Below the pieces are notes generated by a model. That model was given only the letters and a program-made list of their open reading frames with translations. It searched no databases and was not told the DNA's origin. Source: a virus (lineage: Duplodnaviria > Caudoviricetes). Taken from it: a stretch of DNA of 27,454 nt. Position numbers and translations under genes: made by a program. Below are positions 1 through 7,217 of this stretch, piece by piece. The DNA is taken from the IMG/VR virus record IMGVR_UViG_3300017780_002021, positions 1 through 27,454 of that record; one strand, 5' to 3'. The first letter of the stretch is position 1; the number at the start of each line of letters is the position of its first letter.

Positions 1-53
1 CCGTTCCACAGTTTTTCACCACGCAATCCATACAATATCCAAAAATAAGCCAT
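1..53 (-). CDS. hypothetical protein, 5' part only (MAYFWILYGLRGEKLWN...), runs off window edge
   Basis: Manual translation; ATG at 53 preceded by GGAG (GGAGTCGAGACTATG on minus strand); open to the edge. Confidence 0.55.
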   Translation of the reverse strand, partial: MAYFWILYGLRGEKLWN

Positions 54-84
54 AGTCTCGACTCCTCTCTCTCTCTCTTGATTG

Positions 85-231
85 TTAGGCCCAGACGCTC
101 AGCAGCCGCTCAGATTGCCGATGCCTTCCAGCCGACTCAACCGCATCGCAATAAACCGCAGGCAACGCAAGCGAGCGCGCGATGATGAATCCGAACACGG
201 CCCAAACCAAGAATGCTAGGGCGGTTTTCAT
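85..231 (-). CDS. small hypothetical protein, 48 aa, hydrophobic N-terminus (MKTALAFLVWAVFGFIIARSLAL...)
   Basis: Manual translation; ATGA overlap with stop of 228..440; GGAG RBS; not in ORF track because short. Confidence 0.6.
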   Translation of the reverse strand: MKTALAFLVWAVFGFIIARSLALPAVYCDAVESAGRHRQSERLLSVWA

Positions 232-440
232 GACGCGGACTCCAGCAGCGCCAGCAAAGCACGATCAGACATTGCGCCAGATTCCCAGGCCTCAATATCG
301 GCAAGGCAATCATAAGGCGCGGGAAACATGCCCCCATCAGGCCGCATGATCCGCAAGCCCGATTGCGTGGCACGGTATCCATAACCGGCCGGCAATGGTG
401 ACATAGGGACATAGCCCGGACTCTTGTTGTATGAAATCAT
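228..440 (-). CDS. hypothetical protein, 70 aa (putative early gene)
   Basis: ORF track; GGAG RBS; ATGA overlaps at both ends. Confidence 0.7.
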   Translation of the reverse strand: MISYNKSPGYVPMSPLPAGYGYRATQSGLRIMRPDGGMFPAPYDCLADIEAWESGAMSDRALLALLESAS

Positions 441-595
441 GCTTCGGACTCCTTCAAAATGTCAGCGCATTGCAGCAGGCGAATCAATTCGCGCGCCCAT
501 TGTTCAGCCTCCCGCTGCTTGCCACATTGCTTGTAAGCGATAGCCTTTGCCATGGCGCGGCTAACTTCTGAGCGGTCAATCATGCTTCGGACTCC
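435..595. repeat. 18-bp exact direct repeat AATCATGCTTCGGACTCC at 435-452 and 578-595 (gene-junction linker); variants at 228-243 and 51-65
   Basis: Read directly; on the minus strand it is GGAG-TCCGAAGC-ATGA, i.e. RBS plus stop/start overlap. Confidence 0.9.
437..583 (-). CDS. small hypothetical protein, 48 aa (MIDRSEVSRAMAKAIAYKQCGKQREAEQWARELIRLLQCADILKESEA)
   Basis: Manual translation; fills the gap exactly with ATGA overlaps at both ends; GGAG RBS. Confidence 0.75.
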   Translation of the reverse strand: MIDRSEVSRAMAKAIAYKQCGKQREAEQWARELIRLLQCADILKESEA

Positions 596-846
596 AGCAT
601 GCTGGCCACAACGTCCGAAAAATAATTATTTTCGGAATCAAAGGCGCGCTGGTCTTCAAGTCCCTCGTCCCAGTCACTGTTGAGATACTCACAAACCAAC
701 CATGAATCAGATTCAGGCAATTCCCCGCCGTCACATGACGTTGCTACCCATATGTGAGTCTTGCCGCGCCATATCATGGCTTGCAGGCCGCCCCCCATGG
801 ATTCAGTGATAAATCCCATATCAAAAAGCTTTTGCTGAATGTTCAT
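580..846 (-). CDS. hypothetical acidic protein, 88 aa (first gene of leftward operon)
   Basis: ORF track; AAGGAG RBS upstream of ATG 846. Confidence 0.75.
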   Translation of the reverse strand: MNIQQKLFDMGFITESMGGGLQAMIWRGKTHIWVATSCDGGELPESDSWLVCEYLNSDWDEGLEDQRAFDSENNYFSDVVASMLESEA

Positions 847-869
847 GTTCCGTCTCCTTCTATCGCCAC

Positions 870-917
870 CGATTCGCGGCGTTCCATATTGCTGCCTGCG
901 ATTCGCGATTCGGTCAA
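870..917 (-). promoter_or_regulatory. putative leftward promoter region with TTGACC (-35-like, 917-912) and three CGATTCG (GANTC) sites
   Basis: CGATTCG at 870-876, 899-905, 906-912; no canonical -10 at 17-bp spacing. Confidence 0.4.
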
Positions 918-1138
918 GACAAAAATGGGGGAGGGGGAAGGGGTGGCGCAGCTATACATAGAGGGGCAATCGGCAAGGGGTGGCATCCCCTCCCTCCCTC
1001 CCCACCACCCAATTCGCGACCAGGCCGGAGGTTCACAATACTATACCCCCTCTCGCATCCACGCTCCCACTCCCTAGAATCCACCCCATCAATTCAGACC
1101 CCCACCCCTATTTTTTCGACCCCACCCCCATAAAATTA

Positions 1139-1166
1139 TTGACACCGGCTACATATTGTGTATGCT
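1139..1166 (+). promoter_or_regulatory. putative sigma70-type promoter for the terminase/portal operon
   Basis: TTGACA (1139-1144), 16-bp spacer, TATGCT (1161-1166), AT-rich upstream, in intergenic DNA before ORF 1203. Confidence 0.6.
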
Positions 1167-1202
1167 GAATCCAATAATAACGCACACATAGGATAACGGT
1201 TA

Positions 1203-1415
1203 ATGTTCTCAGTAAACGTAAAATACGCAGATGGCGTGGAGCGCCTGTTTCATTCAGCGGAAGTCCAGTGGGAGCCTAAGGGGCCTGTTGCTGGCGTGCT
1301 GATTCTGGACAACGACGAACTTGACCTCGGCGCGGAGGACGTTGCGTTTGTGGCGAACTTCCGTGGTCAGACGGTGAGGATTTACGGGAAGAAGCCTGTC
1401 CGGTCTGGTGGGTGA
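1203..1415 (+). CDS. hypothetical protein, 70 aa
   Basis: ORF track; AGGA upstream; first ORF after promoter. Confidence 0.65.
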   Translation: MFSVNVKYADGVERLFHSAEVQWEPKGPVAGVLILDNDELDLGAEDVAFVANFRGQTVRIYGKKPVRSGG

Positions 1416-1429
1416 GTGTGGGCGAGATA

Positions 1430-1466
1430 ACCCAATGAACGCGCTGACCCAATGAACGCGCTGACC
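1430..1466 (+). repeat. tandem 17-bp duplication (ACCCAATGAACGCGCTG x2 + ACC) covering the small terminase start codon
   Basis: Units at 1430-1446 and 1447-1463. Confidence 0.9.
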
Positions 1467-1946
1467 GCACCATACGACGACGAGACTCGCCTGTTCCAGT
1501 TTGCGCGGGAGTATGCGCGGACGGGTAGCCTGACGATTGCGATACAGCGCAGTGGCGTGCAGAACCCGGCGTATCGCATGGGCGTGTGGGGTGAGATACT
1601 GCTGACGCGGCCCGATGTGTTCGCGCGGTTCGAGGAGGAGAAGGCTGCGTTCGAGAAGGAGCGCGGTAATATCAAGCCGTATACGCGCGAGGCGATCACC
1701 GAGGATTTTCAGGAAATCTACGAGCAGGCGATGCGCGAGGGCGAGTTCACGCCGGCAGTGTCTGCGAAGAAGGCGCAGGCGGAATTGCTTGGGTTGATGG
1801 AGAAGAATGTAAACGTGACGTTTACGACGAAGGTGACGGAGATGCCGATGGAGGCGCTGGAACTGGAGTTGAAGCGACTGATGGATGACGGCGTGGTGAC
1901 GCTGACGCGGGGTGAGGATGGGGTTTACGGTGTTGGCGGCGACTGA
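1452..1946 (+). CDS. probable terminase small subunit
   Basis: Immediately upstream of terL; helical N-terminus and 'AVSAKKAQAELLGL' segment of the kind seen in small terminases. Confidence 0.7.
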   Translation: MNALTAPYDDETRLFQFAREYARTGSLTIAIQRSGVQNPAYRMGVWGEILLTRPDVFARFEEEKAAFEKERGNIKPYTREAITEDFQEIYEQAMREGEFTPAVSAKKAQAELLGLMEKNVNVTFTTKVTEMPMEALELELKRLMDDGVVTLTRGEDGVYGVGGD

Positions 1947-3477
1947 CGCAGCCCCACGCGACCGCGCCGCAGAACTGATCCGAGAGATTCAGCGTCGGAA
2001 GCGTGCGCGCGAATCGTTTGCGGCGTATCTGGAATACGTCGATGGCAGGCCGTTGCCGAGGCATATCCGGTTTATCTGCGAGCAGTTGCAGCGGGTGGCG
2101 GACGGCGAGATTGACCGTCTGATGATTTCGCTTCCACCTGGTCACGGAAAATCGCATTCGGCGTCGCAGCACTTCCCGGCGTGGTATCTGTCGCGGTTCC
2201 CGGTGAAGCAGTTCATCAGCGCGGCGCACACGCAAGGGCTTTCGGATTCGTTCGGCCTGCGGGTTCGGAACATCATAAAATCTGACGAGCATCGCAGGGC
2301 ATTTCCAGAGAGCGGCGTCAGCACGGATAAATCTGCGGCGGCGGAATGGAACACGAACGAGGGCGGCGGCTATCTGGCCACGGCTGTCGGCGCATCGGTC
2401 ACGGGCCGGCGCGGTGATATACTGTTGGGCGATGACCTTCTGTCGGGCATCGAGCAGGCCGAGAGCGAGTCGCAGCGCAAGAAGTTGTGGGAATGGTTTA
2501 ACGCCGATTTGAAGACGCGCGTTAAGTCGGGCGACACACCAATCATCCTGATCGGAACCCGCTGGCACCTTGGCGACCACTTCGGGAAACTGGATGCGGA
2601 CGAGCACGCGGGCACGGGCGATAAATGGGTTCGCATCATCCTGCCGGCGATTGCTGGCGAGAACGATCCATTGGGCCGGGAGCCGGGCGAGGCGCTATGG
2701 CCAGAGCAGTTCCCGATTGAATATCTGGAGAAACTGAAACGCTCGCAGGGCATGACCGCCCGCATGTGGGCGTCACTGTATCAGCAGACGCCTATCGTGG
2801 ACGAAGGCGGCATCATCGACCGCCGATGGTTCAAGACGTGGCGCTCGCCGTCGCCGCCGAAAATGGAATTTACAATTCAATCGTGGGATACCGCGCTGAC
2901 GCCGGGGAAGGCATCGGCATATAGCGCCTGCACAACATGGGGCGTGTTCAAGGATGAAACCGAGACGCCGAACCTGATCCTGTTGTCGGTCTGGCGCGGG
3001 CGGAAGGAATATCACGAAGTCCGTAAGATGGCGCAGAGGTTGGCGGCGGATTATCTCGATGTCAACGAGAAGGTGCCGCGCAATGGAAAGCCGGCAACGC
3101 CTGACATGGTTCTGGTGGAAGCGAAGGCTACGGGCGATCAGTTGATCCGCGACCTGCGGAGAGGCGGTGTCATGGCGACGCCGTTTAACCCGGACAAGAA
3201 AGGCGACAAGGTTGCCCGCGTGCGACTGATTACACCGCTGATCGAGAATGGGCTGGTCTGGATGCCGGGTCAGCCGCCGCTGTATGAGGACATGCGACCG
3301 TTCGCGCAGGACTTTGTTGACCAGTGCGGGCAGTTCCCGGCGAGTGATAGTCGAGATTTGATCGACACGATGACACAGGCGTTCCATCGTGTTATGGATA
3401 GCGGCTGGGTCTATCATACGGACGATCCTCGCAACGAGCCGGACAGCGGTTCGGAGCGGCGTGGGTTTTATTGGTAG
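1912..3477 (+). CDS. terL: terminase large subunit (start may be 1918-1933)
   Basis: Walker A LPPGHGKS, Walker B ILLGDD, coupling motif IGTRWH, nuclease motifs QSWDTA and DLIDT. Confidence 0.95.
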   Translation: MRMGFTVLAATDAAPRDRAAELIREIQRRKRARESFAAYLEYVDGRPLPRHIRFICEQLQRVADGEIDRLMISLPPGHGKSHSASQHFPAWYLSRFPVKQFISAAHTQGLSDSFGLRVRNIIKSDEHRRAFPESGVSTDKSAAAEWNTNEGGGYLATAVGASVTGRRGDILLGDDLLSGIEQAESESQRKKLWEWFNADLKTRVKSGDTPIILIGTRWHLGDHFGKLDADEHAGTGDKWVRIILPAIAGENDPLGREPGEALWPEQFPIEYLEKLKRSQGMTARMWASLYQQTPIVDEGGIIDRRWFKTWRSPSPPKMEFTIQSWDTALTPGKASAYSACTTWGVFKDETETPNLILLSVWRGRKEYHEVRKMAQRLAADYLDVNEKVPRNGKPATPDMVLVEAKATGDQLIRDLRRGGVMATPFNPDKKGDKVARVRLITPLIENGLVWMPGQPPLYEDMRPFAQDFVDQCGQFPASDSRDLIDTMTQAFHRVMDSGWVYHTDDPRNEPDSGSERRGFYW

Positions 3478-3487
3478 GATATTATTT

Positions 3488-3928
3488 ATTACCACCATTG
3501 CATATAAAGACGGCATCCTCGCGGTAGACAGTGCCGTTACGGGGAGCGGGAAGTATTTCGGAAGCGTCATGAAAGCGGTCAACGGTGATGGATGGGCGGC
3601 ATCTGTTGCCGGCTCCATTTCTATGAACGGGGCAATGGCGCACGAGATTGCGGCTTGCGTCCTTGACTTCGCTCCTCCGCCTGGCGGCTTGAAGTTTCTG
3701 AAGAGCGACATTGAGATTCTGTTTGTCAATAAACACGGACACATCTACTCCTGCTGGAACGAGGGCTGCACAAAGATTGACACGGACTTCTATGCCCTTG
3801 GCTCCGGCGAGGCGGTCGCCATCGGAGCAATGGCTGCCGGGGCAACAGCAGAAGAAGCCGTGACTATCGCTTGCAAATATGATATTGCTACGCGAGGCCC
3901 GGTTCACGTCCTGCGTGTGAGAGACTGA
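3488..3928 (+). CDS. HslV/proteasome beta-subunit-like Ntn (threonine) protease; start uncertain (ATT 3488 or GTG 3461)
   Basis: TTIAY...GILAVDS...K...ALGSG...AIGAM...A..AV..A pattern parallels HslV (Thr1, Asp, Lys, GSG). Confidence 0.75.
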   Translation: MTTIAYKDGILAVDSAVTGSGKYFGSVMKAVNGDGWAASVAGSISMNGAMAHEIAACVLDFAPPPGGLKFLKSDIEILFVNKHGHIYSCWNEGCTKIDTDFYALGSGEAVAIGAMAAGATAEEAVTIACKYDIATRGPVHVLRVRD

Positions 3929-6231
3929 TGGAAAACGAAGACGACATCACCGAAATCGAACTGCCATCGCCGCAGCCTGAGATGGTTGACGGCGTTTCAG
4001 TGCTGGAACTGCCGGATGGCGGGGTCGAGATTGACCTTGAGCCGATGATCGAGGCTGTGTTTTCGGTGGACGCGCAGGTGCATAGCGCGAACCTTGCAGA
4101 GTTCATTGACGAGAGCGACCTAGACGAACTCGCGTCGGCGCTGCTCGAAGGAACGGAAAACGACCGTCAGTCCCGCAAGGATTGGGAAGACATGCTGGCG
4201 ACCGGCATGGACTTGATGGGCCTGAAGATCGAAAAACGTTCGGAGCCGTTTGACGGCGCGTGCGGCATCTTCGATCCGCTTATGGCAGAAGCTGTCGTTC
4301 GCTGGCAGTCTACGGCAATGAGCGAACTGTTCCCCGCGAAGGGGCCGGTGAAGGTTGAAATCACGGGCGTTCCGAACCGCGCTCTGGAAGACCAGGCTTC
4401 ACGGGTTGAAGCGTGGATGAACCTATACCTGACGAAACTCGCACCGGAGTATCTGGAAGAGAAAGACCAGATGATGATGTGGCTCGCGCTGTGCGGGTCT
4501 GTGTTCTCGAAGCCATATCAAGACCCGACGCTGAAGCGGCCTGTTGCGCGGTTCAAGACGCCGAACCACGTCATCGTTCCGTGGGGCGCAACCGACCTTG
4601 AGTCCTGCCCGCGCTACACATGCATCGAGCCGATGACGAAGCGCGCCATGAAGGCTGCGATGATCGGTGGCGTTTATCGTGACATCGACCTGATGGAGCC
4701 GACCGGCGACAATGACGACGCGATTCAGGATGCGGTTGATGATACGCAGGGCGTGACCAATGCGGCAGATATTCACGACGAATACGACGTGTATGAGGTC
4801 TACTGCTATCTCGACCTGAAGGGTTTTGAACACGAAGAAGGGTTGCCGCTGCCCTATATCGTGTCAATCGAGAAGGACAGCCAGGACGTTCTAGCCATTC
4901 GCCGCAACTGGCGCGAAGGCGACGAAGCCTATCTGCCGAAGAATGGCCTGATCCATTGGCGATTCATGCCCGGCTTCGGGTTCTACGGCATCGGATACGC
5001 GCACCTGCTGGGCAACAGCGCACTTGCGGCGACGATGGGTAAGCGGAACCTGATCGACTCTGCGACGCTGAAGAATTTTCCCGGCGGCGTGCGCGCGAAG
5101 GGTATCCGATTCGAAGACAATGATTTCACGATTGCGCCGGGCCAGTTCAAGGAAGTCGATACCGGCGGCCAGCCCTTGCAGAACGTGTTCATGCCGCTGC
5201 CATATGCAGGCGCTGACCCTGTTCTGATGGAACTCGTGGGCGCTGTGAGTGAGTCCGGGCGCGGATTGGCGAACACGACCGAGATTGCGGTTGGCGAAGG
5301 CCGGCAGGACGCACCTGTTGGCACGACTGTTGCATTGATGGAGGCCGCGAACCTCGTCCGCAGCGGAACATTGCGCCGTCAGCATCGGTCGCTGGGTAAG
5401 GAATTGAAGGCGATTGCCGACCTGTTCGGTGAGAATCTGTCCGATACGCCATATCCTTTCCCCGTCAAGGGTGGTCAGGCTGCGATTATGCGGCAGGATT
5501 TCCTGAATAACATCGACGTTATCCCCGTCAGCGACCCCAGCGTGGCATCATCGACGCAGCGCATGGTGAAAGCCGAGGGCTATGTCCGCATGGCCCAGCA
5601 ATTCCCGCAGGTTCATGACCTCCGCGCGTCTCTGGAGAACTATTACACCGAGATTGGGCTTGATTCCGAGCGCATTGCCCGCATGTTGCCCGCTCCGCAG
5701 CAGCAGCCGCCGGCAACGCCGCTCGATCCGCTGTCCGAGAACATGAACGCCATGGTTGGCAAGCCATTGGTGGCCGGTGAATACCAGGATCACGACGCGC
5801 ACATTGCGTCTCACATGCCATTGGCCGAGCAGAACCCGTCATTGCAGGCGCACATCAATGAACACATGGCTTGGCGCGTTCGCCAGCAGGTGCAGCAGTT
5901 GATTGGTCAGCCGCTTCCGCCTCCGGGCCAGCCAATGCCTCCTGAAATCGAGAACCAGTTGGCAATGATGGTCGCTCAGGCGATGACACAGCTTGCGCCG
6001 CAGTATAAGTCGCAGCCGCAGCCCGACCCGATTGTTGTGACCGAGCAGATGAAGGTCGCGGCGGCTACGGAAAAGGCGGCACTGGACGCGAAAACGAAGG
6101 TTGAGGTCGCGCAGATCAACGCGGCAGTTGACACGTCGAAGATTATAGCCGATAGTAACGAAGCTGACCGCGACCGTCAGGCGCGCCTTGCTATTGCCAC
6201 AATGAATGCTGGAGGTTCCAATGCAGTGTAA
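3928..6231 (+). CDS. portal protein, 767 aa
   Basis: Size, position after terL, 'SRKDWE', 'PGFGFYGIG...L', 'APVGTTVALME' segments and P/Q-rich helical C-terminus typical of podovirus-type portals. Confidence 0.88.
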   Translation: MENEDDITEIELPSPQPEMVDGVSVLELPDGGVEIDLEPMIEAVFSVDAQVHSANLAEFIDESDLDELASALLEGTENDRQSRKDWEDMLATGMDLMGLKIEKRSEPFDGACGIFDPLMAEAVVRWQSTAMSELFPAKGPVKVEITGVPNRALEDQASRVEAWMNLYLTKLAPEYLEEKDQMMMWLALCGSVFSKPYQDPTLKRPVARFKTPNHVIVPWGATDLESCPRYTCIEPMTKRAMKAAMIGGVYRDIDLMEPTGDNDDAIQDAVDDTQGVTNAADIHDEYDVYEVYCYLDLKGFEHEEGLPLPYIVSIEKDSQDVLAIRRNWREGDEAYLPKNGLIHWRFMPGFGFYGIGYAHLLGNSALAATMGKRNLIDSATLKNFPGGVRAKGIRFEDNDFTIAPGQFKEVDTGGQPLQNVFMPLPYAGADPVLMELVGAVSESGRGLANTTEIAVGEGRQDAPVGTTVALMEAANLVRSGTLRRQHRSLGKELKAIADLFGENLSDTPYPFPVKGGQAAIMRQDFLNNIDVIPVSDPSVASSTQRMVKAEGYVRMAQQFPQVHDLRASLENYYTEIGLDSERIARMLPAPQQQPPATPLDPLSENMNAMVGKPLVAGEYQDHDAHIASHMPLAEQNPSLQAHINEHMAWRVRQQVQQLIGQPLPPPGQPMPPEIENQLAMMVAQAMTQLAPQYKSQPQPDPIVVTEQMKVAAATEKAALDAKTKVEVAQINAAVDTSKIIADSNEADRDRQARLAIATMNAGGSNAV

Positions 6232-6331
6232 GACGAAGCCGATGCCGAAGGGTGCAAAGCCTATCGTGAAGGGCAAAAAGATGCCCGGCATGTATAAGAT
6301 GGGCGGCAAAGTGAAGAAGCCCTGCCAATGA
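6221..6331 (+). CDS. small Lys-rich protein, 36 aa (MQCKTKPMPKGAKPIVKGKKMPGMYKMGGKVKKPCQ)
   Basis: Manual translation; GGAGG at 6211-6215; ATGA overlap with next gene. Confidence 0.7.
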   Translation: MQCKTKPMPKGAKPIVKGKKMPGMYKMGGKVKKPCQ

Positions 6332-7071
6332 AGGCTAAGCCGCGCAAGAAATACGCCGAGGGTGGAATGGTTGACGTTCCGCGCCTTGGCATTGGAGCCG
6401 AGGAATCCCTTGCGCTCGAATCTTCTGCCCGTCGCGGTGAAGATTTGCGCGCTCTTGAGCGGGAAGACTTCTCGACGCCGACGGTTGCACGGCGCCCCAC
6501 GTTCGGTCAGGCATTTGCAGCCGCCCGCCGCGCCGGCTTGAAAGAGTTCTCTTGGAACGGTGGTCGCTACGGCACGCAGTTGAAGGGTGAGGACTCTGCT
6601 CCGGCTCGGAAGCCTGCTGCTGCGAAGCCTGCTGCGAAAATGGCAGAGACGACCGGGCCTGAGATTGTTGTCACCGCTCCGCGCCCGAAGCCTGCCGCTG
6701 TTGTTGCGCGCGCAGAGCCGAAAGTTGCCCCTGCGAAACCTGCCGTTGCGCGCACCGAGCCGAGGGATGGACTCCAGAACGCGCGGCCCATCGCGAGTCT
6801 CGCGTCTCGTGCCGCTGCCGCACTTGAGGAACTGAATCGTCCTCGCGCAACGGCATCTGAAGTGATCCGCGCCCGTGCCGCCGCAGCCGAACGCGCCGCC
6901 CTCACTGAGCGCGCTGCTCAACGTGCCGCAATGGATAAACGGGTCGGCCTCATGCAGCAGCAACTCCCGCCTAAACTGCTCGCTTACAAAAAAGGCGGCC
7001 CCGTCAAGACCCCTGTAGATCGCGGCAAGTCCAACATGGCCGCGCTGGCAAAGGCTCTGAAACAGAAATGA
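6328..7071 (+). CDS. basic Ala/Arg/Lys-rich protein, 247 aa, probable internal virion protein
   Basis: ORF track; KPAA repeats, YAEGG/YKKGG motifs, FGQAFAAAR...FSWNG..Y.T module, EIVVTA motif. Confidence 0.75.
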   Translation: MKAKPRKKYAEGGMVDVPRLGIGAEESLALESSARRGEDLRALEREDFSTPTVARRPTFGQAFAAARRAGLKEFSWNGGRYGTQLKGEDSAPARKPAAAKPAAKMAETTGPEIVVTAPRPKPAAVVARAEPKVAPAKPAVARTEPRDGLQNARPIASLASRAAAALEELNRPRATASEVIRARAAAAERAALTERAAQRAAMDKRVGLMQQQLPPKLLAYKKGGPVKTPVDRGKSNMAALAKALKQK

Positions 7072-7217
7072 AACCCGTCTGGGAAAAGCCGAACCCAAAA
7101 AAGAAATCGACGCCACTGAGCGCCGGGCAGAAGGCGTCTGCCAAGGCCACGGCGAAGAAGGCGGGTCGCCCTTACCCGAATCTAGTTGACAATATGCGGG
7201 CCGCGAAGAAGAAATGA
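7068..7217 (+). CDS. small Lys-rich protein, 49 aa (MKPVWEKPNPKKKSTPLSAGQKASAKATAKKAGRPYPNLVDNMRAAKKK)
   Basis: Manual translation; ATGA overlaps at both ends. Confidence 0.8.
   Translation: MKPVWEKPNPKKKSTPLSAGQKASAKATAKKAGRPYPNLVDNMRAAKKK

Noticed and set aside
63-79. (CT)n microsatellite
   Set aside because: Short, intergenic, and merges into the GGAG RBS on the minus strand; no evidence of phase variation
754-1168. Plus-strand ORFs 754..1077 and 980..1168
   Set aside because: Low-complexity Pro/Gly translations of G/C-run DNA, no RBS; the first overlaps a better minus-strand gene
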